DNA of 64,000 nucleotides from a virus (lineage: Duplodnaviria; Heunggongvirae; Uroviricota; Caudoviricetes): IMG/VR virus record IMGVR_UViG_3300008108_000006; one strand, 5' to 3'. A program made the translations under genes and the position numbers. Below are positions 31,508-41,155 of the stretch, in pieces. Position 1 is the stretch's first letter, and every line of letters begins with the position of its first letter. The notes beneath the pieces were generated by a model. That model was not told the DNA's origin. It was given only the letters and a program-made list of their open reading frames with translations, and ran no database searches.

Positions 31508-32515
31508 TTAGTTTAAGGATTCTTTCTCTTCTTTCAAATCAAAGTCACCATCAGATCCGATAACATCTTTCCAATACTCAGCATATTCTTTCTTATACCT
31601 TTCAACCGATGCCTTTTCTTCTGTGCTATCCTTACCCGATAAGAATCCGTGGGGTGTAACAATAATCTTACCATCATCATATCCTAATCCGTTGATGTGG
31701 TTCTTCAATACAGAAATCTTACTACGAATTGCGAACTTAACCGTTCTTTTGTCTTTGGTCGCTGTGATCTTAGTGGTTCCCGCACCTTTTTGATTACCAA
31801 ACAAAAATACCAATGATGAATTCAACCATACCGCGTTTCCACCTTTAGCCATAATTTTTGGTTGTCCAAAAGGATTATCCGGTAACTCAACCCAAGGTTG
31901 GTTAACAATCACCAAAGAGTTTTGATAATTTGAATCTGTCTTTCTTGATCCTGAAATTCTTTGGTTAATACCCATACCAATTTTGTCAGATAATACCGAA
32001 GCGTTGTGTTGCTTACCACCCTTACCATCAAAGGTCATTTTACACGGCACAGAACCCACAGAATCCCACAAGAATAGAAGATCATACTCAATCTCACCTT
32101 TCTCTTGTGCGTCCAACATATCGTTGATATAGTCGGTTATTTGCTCAATATACTCAAAGTTATTATTGAAGATGAAAAATCCATCCCAATCAACCTCACC
32201 TGTAGTTTCGTCAATAACCTCTTCACATTCAAATCCCATCAAACGAGCGTGTTCAAACGACCACTTTTGTTCGGTGATAATGAATACAGGAAGAATACCC
32301 TTTCTCTGAGCATCAACCGCAGTTTTAACCAACGCTGTTGTTTTACCCGTATCTGAGTGACCCAAAAACATATTAATATGTCCCATCGCAGGACCAGGAA
32401 CACCAACCGCATCCAAAAAATCAGGACCCAAGTCAAAATAACTTTGTGGTTTGTACTTCGCTGACGTAGAAAATTTCTCTTTTACTTTTTTGAAATCCGC
32501 TTTCTTAATCGCCAT
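31508..32515 (-). CDS. RecA/UvsX-like recombinase
   Basis: Walker A GHSDTGKT, LWDSVGS, VIVNQ and MAKGGNAV. Confidence 0.85.
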   Translation of the reverse strand: MAIKKADFKKVKEKFSTSAKYKPQSYFDLGPDFLDAVGVPGPAMGHINMFLGHSDTGKTTALVKTAVDAQRKGILPVFIITEQKWSFEHARLMGFECEEVIDETTGEVDWDGFFIFNNNFEYIEQITDYINDMLDAQEKGEIEYDLLFLWDSVGSVPCKMTFDGKGGKQHNASVLSDKIGMGINQRISGSRKTDSNYQNSLVIVNQPWVELPDNPFGQPKIMAKGGNAVWLNSSLVFLFGNQKGAGTTKITATKDKRTVKFAIRSKISVLKNHINGLGYDDGKIIVTPHGFLSGKDSTEEKASVERYKKEYAEYWKDVIGSDGDFDLKEEKESLN

Positions 32516-32539
32516 TTTTTTCTTTTTTACTTATTAAAC

Positions 32540-32581
32540 AAAAAGAACTTGGATACCCAATTTATTCAAGTATCCAAGTCC
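32540..32581 (-). terminator. Stem-loop/terminator between SSB and recombinase genes
   Basis: Inverted repeat ACTTGGATAC (32547-32556) / GTATCCAAGT (32570-32579) followed by a T-run on the minus strand. Confidence 0.65.
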
Positions 32582-32588
32582 CATTAAA

Positions 32589-33428
32589 TTAGAACGGCAT
32601 ATCTCCGCTCGCGTCATCAAATGCTTGTGGATCTGAATATGATTTACCACCCATAGATGTGGTAGATTCAGTTGAGTCTCCATAAACATACTTACCCAAA
32701 TCGTTGTCCCAACGTGGGGTTTCGCCATTGGCAATCGCCTCTAAATATTCCGCTGGTTTTTTGGAATAAACATTAGACCATACCAACTCATCATCCAACC
32801 ACTCTTTTGCTGTCACAGCATTTTCGTGTAATGGTGTTGGATCATCATACATAATGGTCTGAACATTCGTATATTCTTTACCATTACCCGTCTTAGCCTT
32901 GTTCATTTGGATAATTAAGTCACGACCTTTCTCAGCGTCGGTGATATCACCTTTTGCTCTCCAAATAGGAATAATCTTATCCAAGATACCCTCATTCTTA
33001 AAGTTGTGTTTGAATCTCCAAAACTTAACCCCATCTTCTTCGTGATCACGATCTACAACTTTTACAATGTAAAATTTACGTGAACGATACTGTTTAGCCA
33101 ATTCCTTGTCAGAATCTTTACCCGTCGCCATTAATTCTTCGTACAACTCGTTCAACGGGGAACGTTCGTTGTCGTTTTTACCAGGATCAAAAAACTTTTG
33201 CCATTTTCCACCAACTTGGATCTCATGGAACCATACTTCCTTAAAAGGTGATGAACCATCAGGTGTTGGTAGAATACGGATTCTAGCTTGACCTTCTTTT
33301 GATTTTTCAGGAAGAAGACATGTGAAATACTTCTTCATTCGCTCTTCCTGCGACATCCCAGAACTAGAGGATGTTCCCGTTTGCGTGTTTTTTTCGTATT
33401 GTGACAATACTGCGTCTAATGAACTCAT
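32589..33428 (-). CDS. Single-stranded DNA-binding protein (gp32-like)
   Basis: RIRILP...PFKEVWFH, DITD..KGRDL and an acidic C-terminus ending DMPF; next to the recombinase. Confidence 0.8.
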   Translation of the reverse strand: MSSLDAVLSQYEKNTQTGTSSSSGMSQEERMKKYFTCLLPEKSKEGQARIRILPTPDGSSPFKEVWFHEIQVGGKWQKFFDPGKNDNERSPLNELYEELMATGKDSDKELAKQYRSRKFYIVKVVDRDHEEDGVKFWRFKHNFKNEGILDKIIPIWRAKGDITDAEKGRDLIIQMNKAKTGNGKEYTNVQTIMYDDPTPLHENAVTAKEWLDDELVWSNVYSKKPAEYLEAIANGETPRWDNDLGKYVYGDSTESTTSMGGKSYSDPQAFDDASGDMPF

Positions 33429-33454
33429 ATAAAAAAAATTTAGTGTTTACAATT

Positions 33455-33485
33455 CAATAATAAAACAAAAATGAACATAGTCAAA
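33455..33485 (-). promoter_or_regulatory. Probable host-type promoter for the SSB/replication operon
   Basis: Minus strand TTTG-N19-TATTATTG, one mismatch to TAnnTTTG; also readable as TTGACT-N16-TATTAT. Confidence 0.45.
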
Positions 33486-33487
33486 TT

Positions 33488-33510
33488 AAAAAAGGGGTCC
33501 GAAGACCCCT
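33488..33510 (-). terminator. Rho-independent terminator with UUCG tetraloop
   Basis: Minus strand AGGGGTC-TTCG-GACCCCTTTTTT. Confidence 0.88.
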
Positions 33511-33520
33511 ATATTTTTTT

Positions 33521-34180
33521 TTAAGGATACTTAAATTGATTTTGTTGTCCGTAATACATGTCATCTGTATATGAATCAAAGGTATCTCTAACTTCAGAAT
33601 CTGTAAAATCTGAAATCTCATCAGATGTTAAAACATATTCTTTACCTGTTTTTTCAAAATCTTCCTCCTTTTCTTGGAAGAAATCGGTAAGTTTTTGGTT
33701 GAATGGTCCCGAATCTAAACTTCTTAACTCTAATTTCTCCTCGGGAGTTCTTGGACGGTATTTTTCTATCTTATTTTCAATTTGATTTAACTTATCCGTT
33801 AAGTTACTCATCTCAGAAACTTTTGTCTGTAAATCTTCTAATTGTTTAAACAAATCTTCAAAATAATCTTTTTGTTTTTTCTCAATAGATTCCTGAGATT
33901 TTACTAGGTCCGTAACATCCAATTCTTCAGTTCCGTCTTTTTCTTCTTTTTTCTCGTCACCAATCTTTTGAACATCTTTATCCACATCAACATCGATCAC
34001 TTCAGCAGGAGGACCTACTTCACCACCAACAGGTGGGGGTGCAATAGAACCTTCGGGTTCTGCAGGTGGTGGAGGTGGAACATCTCCTGGAGGAGGTGGA
34101 ACCGCCTCTTGTTCCATTATGTATTTGTTAATACGATTGTATCTTGACAATTCTTCCAATATTTTTTTCTCTACCGACAT
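33521..34180 (-). CDS. Hypothetical acidic, Pro-rich coiled-coil protein (possible head/scaffold-associated)
   Basis: PPPPGDVPPPPP tract followed by a heptad-rich helical region. Confidence 0.55.
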   Translation of the reverse strand: MSVEKKILEELSRYNRINKYIMEQEAVPPPPGDVPPPPPAEPEGSIAPPPVGGEVGPPAEVIDVDVDKDVQKIGDEKKEEKDGTEELDVTDLVKSQESIEKKQKDYFEDLFKQLEDLQTKVSEMSNLTDKLNQIENKIEKYRPRTPEEKLELRSLDSGPFNQKLTDFFQEKEEDFEKTGKEYVLTSDEISDFTDSEVRDTFDSYTDDMYYGQQNQFKYP

Positions 34181-34184
34181 CTTA

Positions 34185-34409
34185 TTATCCGTTTAATAAT
34201 TGTTTATAACCTGTTGGTGTTTCGACTTGGATTTTTCTAGAAGCGTTCTTCACGTTATCCACTCTTTCAATTAAACCATCTCTCATACTTATTTGATAAC
34301 AATCACCTGTGTCTAAATCACACACCTCAGTATAACCATTATCTAAAGTTTTTTGTGAAATCCTTGTATTCTTACCAAGGTATCTATCTAAATGTTCTTT
34401 AATATTCAT
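34185..34409 (-). CDS. Hypothetical small protein
   Basis: 74 aa with CDLDTGDC; TATTTAT upstream. Confidence 0.6.
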   Translation of the reverse strand: MNIKEHLDRYLGKNTRISQKTLDNGYTEVCDLDTGDCYQISMRDGLIERVDNVKNASRKIQVETPTGYKQLLNG

Positions 34410-34452
34410 AATATTATCTTTGTTTAATAAATATCTAGTTTTTTCGTTAGTT

Positions 34453-37400
34453 TCAAATCTTTATGTTTAATGATGGAACTAATCCTAATTTTTTTGCAAG
34501 AACCACCCCTTCATAAATATTTTTAGCCCAAGAACTATATTGTGTTTCATTACGTGATATGAAACTTAATAGTTGTGATTCTGTTAAATTGTTCGCCCAA
34601 TATAGTAACCAAACGTCAGTAACTTGGAATGATATTAAAGCGGAATCAGTTGCTGTCAATCCACTATAATTCAAAACCCCTTTTGATTGGTTCAGAGAAA
34701 TCCTCTTAGATGGTTTTTCAAAATAATTAACCAACATGTTAATATTGTTACTATCAGATGCAAAAGAAACAAAAGGTAAGCTATTACCGTTTGAATTTGT
34801 CAAACAGAAGTATTGATTTTTAAAGTAGGTGGGTATGTTTCCACCGTACTTTTTATCTAAGGTAACTCCCGCAAAATTATAATCATAACCTGTTAATTTT
34901 TCAGTATTAGAACTTGACATATATAACGTACAAAAAGTTAATAATCTATTAGCCTCATTTGCTGTCGCTTGTGAAATATATCTAGCCGCTTGTTTAAAAC
35001 TTAACTCACTTATCAATGCATCGGAAGGTTGATAAGATACATATGACGGATCAAGTTTATTAACACATGATGCGTTAGAACCTAACGTAAATGATGTTTT
35101 GTTGGTAACGTTACTTCCAACATTAGTTATATTAACAGTGGTTGGTGTTTGATTATTTTCATCCTCCCTCTTTTTCTTCAATTTACTTAATAACCCGCTT
35201 AAGACCACTTGGTTTAACGATGTAATTTGTTTGTCCAATTGTGGCATAGAATAAATAGGTATTCTAACACCTTTAAATTGTGTTGTAAATTGTCCCGGTG
35301 CTATTTGGTGTGTTACCGACTGTATATGATAAGGACCATTAAACATCGGAACGTTTTTCAAATTAAAATACATCGTTGGTTGTATCATTGAATTACCCAA
35401 TGATGTTATTTCAACTTCATAAGATCTATTTTTGTATAGATTATATAGCGATAAACTCTGTGCAATCCCTCTTTTACCTCCCGCAGCACTTGCCGTATCA
35501 GCAATTACTTTATTAGCTTCCGTTGTTGCAAGAGAATTGGTTTGAGATAGGTTAATGTTATAAAACATACCTTGTGATCTTGTTCCAAAATCCACGTTAA
35601 ATCCAACAACTTTATTTGAAAGGTGATAATCATTTTTATTAACCGGTGTTTGAAATAACAAAGCATTCTCGGAAGTTCTTGTAATATCAAAACTATCATT
35701 TCCAAATCTATAATCATCAGATCTTCTCATATCCAAATGTTCTGATACTTTACCACCATATATGCAAACAATTTTTGATCGAGCTTGTCTATAATCGACG
35801 TTAAGGTGGGTACCAAATAATGTTTGTGCCAAATCTTGACTGTTTTCAGGATTTGGTTGTCCGTCAGCATCAATCAATTCTTTACTCCAAAAATTCATGT
35901 AAGCCCCCATAGGCATCATCATAAACTTATTATCACTCAAAATTTTACTAAAAAAGTCCAACACTCTCATATTAAGAGGATTGTTATTTAATAACGTCTT
36001 AAAACTAAAAATGTCAATCAACGCGGTTCTACCAATATCTCTATTTGCTCTATCCAAAAATACAACATCTTGGAACAGGGTTCTTCCTTTATAGTCGTTA
36101 CCCGCAATCCACTTATTATCCAAGGTTTTCATAGTATCCCAAATCTCATATTTTGGTGCGTTACCGTCAATAATACTATTAATTTTTTGTGATGAATTAA
36201 CCGTAACTATTGGAAGTTGTTTTCCTAATTGATTAAACAATATCGTAAAAATATTTGTTTGTAACTCCGTTGCAGAATTAACATAATCATCAATTAATGT
36301 TGTGAAAATATCTTTTGTCATTACACCATTTGCCAAGTATTTTTGGGTAGCATACACCTTAATTAATGGGGCACAAGTAATAACATTTGCTTCCGTAAAT
36401 GCAATATTATTATCAACAAAAAAATCTGTAATATAAGAACCATCACTAGAATAATAGAACCCATAAGGTACCGTAGTTCCCGATGAATATAAACCCACAT
36501 ATGTCTTTAACGCTTTCCAAGCCAAAGGATTTGAATTCTCTGACTGTTCCAAAGTTACCGTTCCACTACTTGTGGGTAATGAACCATTAACATACGGACT
36601 AAATACAATAGGATCGGTTATCTTATTTGTTTGGAATGAGCCATACAATCTTCTATTAAAGTTTGATGGGTTTCCATTTACAAATAACACGTTTTGATCC
36701 AAAAATAACCTACAATTATTTGATAATTTATCTTGTTGAGCATTTGCAACTTTAGCAATAAACACATCATTAGATATCGCACCGTTAAATCGGTCAATAA
36801 ACATCATGTCAGTCATTAATGCTTGAAAATTACCGAAGGTCACATCACTAACATATGGGTTTTGGAAATTACTTTTTGGACGACAAAAATCTAAAAACAT
36901 TGTTTCAAAATCATCTAACACTTCCTTAGAGAATGTTGCAAACATCTCATCAATTCTTGTATATTCAAAATCCGTTTCAAAAGAAAACGCATCTTGCTTA
37001 TTAACATCACTTTTGACTTTCTTGATGTATTCATAATAATCGGGTTTTGTAAACGCCGCACTAGAAAAATAACCAAAAGGACCCGAACCCCAAATGAAAT
37101 TAGTCGTTGCATTATAAATTGACGGATTATTCTCAACTTGATTGTATTGATTTAAGTTACTATAACTACTTAAATTGTTTTGAGTAAATAAGAAATTAGA
37201 TACCTCATTAACCGGCGATCCGAAACTTGGATATACTAAAATACTTTGTTGGTATTTTCTTGGGAATGAAGTATTATTATTTACGTCAAATGTAATGGCG
37301 TATGGTGTATAATTTAAGAATTTAACACCACCATCATTGTATGGTTGATTTACATTATTATCAACATTATTTCGTATTTCAAGTTGATTACCACAAGTTG

Positions 37401-40400
37401 AACCAACATAATCAGAATCTGTATATCCTGTTAATAAATCAAAACCTGTTGTAAAGTAAGTAAAATCATTTATTAATTTAGGGTAAAATCCAGCAGTAAT
37501 ATTAGTTAATGTAACCGTATCAGTAATTGAATTTTGTAACGTGATAGTATTATCACTTCTTGAACCATTAACAAATGTTTTCGTATTGTAACTTCTAGTA
37601 GTTGATGAAGTTGTTGGATCGTAATTTGCCGAATAATCAAAGTTTTTCCAAACACCATCCAAAATATCAACACCTTCATTTACTTGTTTCTTATATCTGT
37701 ACCAAATTGAACCGTACTTAATAATCCAAGAATAAGGTAATGATTGAACCGAACCATATTTATTTAAAACCGAAGCGATATATTCACCATACGTCCCACC
37801 ACTAACGAATTTTTCTCTCAAAGTCGCCAAAGGTAATGAATTTAAGAATAAATACGCAGATTGGACATACGGATATGTTTCATTACTTCTTTCACTTTGA
37901 ACTCCGGATAAAATAGAATTTGTAAAAAATGGTGTATTCATCATAGATATTACCCTATCACCCCACACACCCTCGGTTGCTAATCTATCGCCCGCCAATT
38001 TTGTTGCATATATTTGTAACGGTGTTAGAATACCGCTACTATCGTATTGAATGGGTTTAAACGCCGTATAATCCAATACAGTAAAGGGTTTTGGCGCGTT
38101 TTTAGGATCTGCAGTGGCAAAATTAGTTATATAATTTATTCTATCATTAAACACTAACGTTTGTGTTGTTTTGTAGAATCTAAGTCCGTCCGTTGCTCCG
38201 TTTTGTAACGAATTAGTATTAAATGTATCCGAAACAAATGGGTATAAATCCGTAAATCCTTTTCCCGTTTCTACCTTCAATAGATCCGAAACTCTCTTTT
38301 TAGATGGCGCACTAATATTTGGTAAAACTGTTTCAATTAATGTCGTATTTCCCGATAAAACTTGAAATGGTTTGTCCGTTTTTCCAACCAAATATTTATT
38401 TGTATAATAACCTCTAATGAATTGATTCCACGAAATACCTTTACCTTCATTAGATATGTGTCTCATCAAATCAGTAATATTTCCCGGTTGTATTGAAAAA
38501 TCTTTCAAGATTTTAATTAGTTCGGGATTATCATTTGCTAATGCTTTTAATATATTCTCAGTTTCAAAATCAGCAATCGTTTTATAAACCTCCTTCTTAT
38601 TTGAAACATCCGTATTTAATTTATCATAAAATGACGCAGTGAAAACCCTTTCATAAATTTCATAAATAAATGAAACAACCTCTGTTATTGAATAGGTTCT
38701 ATTTGTTGTTGGGTAATCAAAAGCGTTTAACGTAACTCTATTTATAGTTTTTTCTTCGTTGGTGGAACTTGTTGGATTTTGTAGAATCTCAAGATCTCTA
38801 ACCGCCAAACCTTTCATATATTCTTCAACAAATTCTACTTCAGGCCAAATATCATACCTGTAAGCCTGTGTTTGATTAATCACCGATGGATCACCAGGAT
38901 ATCTTAACTCAAACTTTCCACCATCTGTGGTGTTTTGTGTTTCAACAAAATATTGTGGCCAAGGATAAACAGGAATATCACCCGCAGCCGTGGTATCTAT
39001 ATTATTTTTATTCTCGTTGTTCAGGATTGCCGACTTTCTAATAGGATCAAACCTAACATCCCAAGCCTTAGTATGAACATCATCCAACAATCGTAAGAAC
39101 GCCTCTAACGATGCGAATAAAACCGCACATACATTTCTCATTGTTGGTTTAAATCCTAACCCATTGTTACCCTCAATCTTTTTTTGTAATTCAGATGTTA
39201 AGGTATCTTCAATTTGTGTTCTTACTTTGGTTGCGTTGGTATCTAACTTTTGAATCAAATCAACAAAAGTACCTTCACCTTCAAAATACATTACCTTTTG
39301 AGGTAATTTTACAGGACCCGCTTCCGAATCCGTCGTATTATCGGGTTGGTTATTGACAATACCATTTATCTTTATACTTGTATTAGAAAATTTAAGTTTA
39401 TTTAATTCAATTCTAAAATTTTCTGTTTCAGCACTTGTTGGTATTCTTTTTAACCTTTCTTGTAATGTTTTTTGTTCGTCAATCATTCCCAAGTCACGAA
39501 TAATCGTTCCAACGGTGATATCATTATTAAGACCTGTTATTAGTTTTTTTATATTATTAATAGTTGCCGATCCACCACTACCTAACGTTTTGTTTTCAGA
39601 TAATAATTTATTATATTCCTTTACTATTTTATCAAGTATAACCTCAGCATCTTTCATACTTTGTTGAGATTGTCTAACATTCTCTTTATAGAGATAAAAC
39701 TTTTTACCTGTATTATCATAATAAAACAATGATGTATCAACATACTTAGATGACCACGAATTGAGATCGGTAGAATAAACAGAATTTTGATAGTTTATTA
39801 GATTTTTCTTATAAGAATCAACGTCAGATAATGAAGAGAAATCTTGTTTCCCAAATGTGGCCAATAAATTTTCTTCAAGTTTTTCTAATTTAATCTGTAA
39901 TTGATTAAGTGTCATCTCGGGGAAATTCTCATCAACCAATCTTTGAGATTTATAATCTTGATAAACTTCTTTTAATTTTTGTAATCCTCTTGACGTTACA
40001 ACTTGATTGACATCTGTATTAGTATTTCCATTAGTGAATAACGCAGCGTTTTGAGCCTGTGTATTAGATGGTGGTGAAATGTTATAAGTTGTATTATACA
40101 TATGTGGTAATGCAAACAAATATGCCACCGAAGTTTCGGCTAAAACAGAGTATTTGTAAGCAACAAACTTAAGATTAACAGTATAATCACCCGTGGATCC
40201 TTGGAATGACGCTTCAAAATTTTGTAATATTAATTCATATCTTATAGCTTTACCATAATAACCCTTCATTGTTAAATAAAATGTTGGGTATGGTAAGTTA
40301 AAAAATGCAGCATATGGTGAATTATCACCTTTTTCAAATAACGCTCTACCCTGCACGTCAATTAACCTAACATTAACTACCGGTGTAAAACTCCTATCAT

Positions 40401-40842
40401 TAGTTACCGTTATACTTTCAATACCTAATAGTTCAGTGTCCTGTATATTACCCGTTGTTTGATACCTTTCAATAGTGTTATTACCTTGTGGGTCTTGGAA
40501 AACTCTACCTTTTTGAAAGTTTTGATTAATTCCTTGACCTTTCAAACTATTTTTTCCTGTAATCTCATCGGTATATTCGTTACTAAAGTATCCTTTACCA
40601 CCAGGATTTAAGAAATTAATTTGTGCGATTTTTACGTTTCGGATAGAATCGTCTAATGTGGAACCTTGAACAAGTTTTGTTCCCGGTATTACACGGGCTT
40701 CCAAATTAGCATACATGACAAGTTCTTCATGATTTACCAATCGTTCATCATAACTATTCCCATTAGTTCCAACCGTTTTATTAGGATCAATAATAACTAT
40801 GTTGTCGTAGTCAAAATCTACTAGTATTTTTTTATCTGCCAT
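34453..40842 (-). CDS. Very large baseplate hub / tail-associated protein
   Basis: 2129 aa; LGIESITV..SFTPVVNVRLIDVQG N-terminus and EITSLGNSMIQPTMYFNLKNVPMFNGPYHIQSVTHQI C-terminus resemble gp27/gpD hub folds. Confidence 0.6.
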   Translation of the reverse strand: MADKKILVDFDYDNIVIIDPNKTVGTNGNSYDERLVNHEELVMYANLEARVIPGTKLVQGSTLDDSIRNVKIAQINFLNPGGKGYFSNEYTDEITGKNSLKGQGINQNFQKGRVFQDPQGNNTIERYQTTGNIQDTELLGIESITVTNDRSFTPVVNVRLIDVQGRALFEKGDNSPYAAFFNLPYPTFYLTMKGYYGKAIRYELILQNFEASFQGSTGDYTVNLKFVAYKYSVLAETSVAYLFALPHMYNTTYNISPPSNTQAQNAALFTNGNTNTDVNQVVTSRGLQKLKEVYQDYKSQRLVDENFPEMTLNQLQIKLEKLEENLLATFGKQDFSSLSDVDSYKKNLINYQNSVYSTDLNSWSSKYVDTSLFYYDNTGKKFYLYKENVRQSQQSMKDAEVILDKIVKEYNKLLSENKTLGSGGSATINNIKKLITGLNNDITVGTIIRDLGMIDEQKTLQERLKRIPTSAETENFRIELNKLKFSNTSIKINGIVNNQPDNTTDSEAGPVKLPQKVMYFEGEGTFVDLIQKLDTNATKVRTQIEDTLTSELQKKIEGNNGLGFKPTMRNVCAVLFASLEAFLRLLDDVHTKAWDVRFDPIRKSAILNNENKNNIDTTAAGDIPVYPWPQYFVETQNTTDGGKFELRYPGDPSVINQTQAYRYDIWPEVEFVEEYMKGLAVRDLEILQNPTSSTNEEKTINRVTLNAFDYPTTNRTYSITEVVSFIYEIYERVFTASFYDKLNTDVSNKKEVYKTIADFETENILKALANDNPELIKILKDFSIQPGNITDLMRHISNEGKGISWNQFIRGYYTNKYLVGKTDKPFQVLSGNTTLIETVLPNISAPSKKRVSDLLKVETGKGFTDLYPFVSDTFNTNSLQNGATDGLRFYKTTQTLVFNDRINYITNFATADPKNAPKPFTVLDYTAFKPIQYDSSGILTPLQIYATKLAGDRLATEGVWGDRVISMMNTPFFTNSILSGVQSERSNETYPYVQSAYLFLNSLPLATLREKFVSGGTYGEYIASVLNKYGSVQSLPYSWIIKYGSIWYRYKKQVNEGVDILDGVWKNFDYSANYDPTTSSTTRSYNTKTFVNGSRSDNTITLQNSITDTVTLTNITAGFYPKLINDFTYFTTGFDLLTGYTDSDYVGSTCGNQLEIRNNVDNNVNQPYNDGGVKFLNYTPYAITFDVNNNTSFPRKYQQSILVYPSFGSPVNEVSNFLFTQNNLSSYSNLNQYNQVENNPSIYNATTNFIWGSGPFGYFSSAAFTKPDYYEYIKKVKSDVNKQDAFSFETDFEYTRIDEMFATFSKEVLDDFETMFLDFCRPKSNFQNPYVSDVTFGNFQALMTDMMFIDRFNGAISNDVFIAKVANAQQDKLSNNCRLFLDQNVLFVNGNPSNFNRRLYGSFQTNKITDPIVFSPYVNGSLPTSSGTVTLEQSENSNPLAWKALKTYVGLYSSGTTVPYGFYYSSDGSYITDFFVDNNIAFTEANVITCAPLIKVYATQKYLANGVMTKDIFTTLIDDYVNSATELQTNIFTILFNQLGKQLPIVTVNSSQKINSIIDGNAPKYEIWDTMKTLDNKWIAGNDYKGRTLFQDVVFLDRANRDIGRTALIDIFSFKTLLNNNPLNMRVLDFFSKILSDNKFMMMPMGAYMNFWSKELIDADGQPNPENSQDLAQTLFGTHLNVDYRQARSKIVCIYGGKVSEHLDMRRSDDYRFGNDSFDITRTSENALLFQTPVNKNDYHLSNKVVGFNVDFGTRSQGMFYNINLSQTNSLATTEANKVIADTASAAGGKRGIAQSLSLYNLYKNRSYEVEITSLGNSMIQPTMYFNLKNVPMFNGPYHIQSVTHQIAPGQFTTQFKGVRIPIYSMPQLDKQITSLNQVVLSGLLSKLKKKREDENNQTPTTVNITNVGSNVTNKTSFTLGSNASCVNKLDPSYVSYQPSDALISELSFKQAARYISQATANEANRLLTFCTLYMSSSNTEKLTGYDYNFAGVTLDKKYGGNIPTYFKNQYFCLTNSNGNSLPFVSFASDSNNINMLVNYFEKPSKRISLNQSKGVLNYSGLTATDSALISFQVTDVWLLYWANNLTESQLLSFISRNETQYSSWAKNIYEGVVLAKKLGLVPSLNIKI

Positions 40843-41155
40843 AATAGAAGAAGTAATTATTCAATGCCGCGTTATAATCTTGTAGTGTCGCCACCAATGG
40901 AAATGGAACGTTTATTGTCGTACCATCGGGTATTGACCATTCTAAACCACCAAATTGTGGATTTGCTTGTAATATTAACCAACCAAAAAAAGGTGTGCCA
41001 TAATATTCCTGTGATATCTTATCCATTCTACTTCTTCCTACACGATAAATGTATCTTTGATCCGAGTTTTTAGGTCTCAAAGGAACAAATGGGACAACGG
41101 TTTGACCACCATTTACTTCAAAATCCACATATCTATTATAATATTGATAACTCAT
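40832..41155 (-). CDS. LysM-like baseplate protein (tail X / gp53-like)
   Basis: RMDKISQEYYGTPFFGWLILQANP...IPDGTTINVP. Confidence 0.75.
   Translation of the reverse strand: MSYQYYNRYVDFEVNGGQTVVPFVPLRPKNSDQRYIYRVGRSRMDKISQEYYGTPFFGWLILQANPQFGGLEWSIPDGTTINVPFPLVATLQDYNAALNNYFFYYGR

Noticed and set aside
26739-33428. Introns or inteins in RNR, helicase or recombinase
   Set aside because: The ORFs are continuous and of normal length, with no intein or homing-endonuclease motifs seen.
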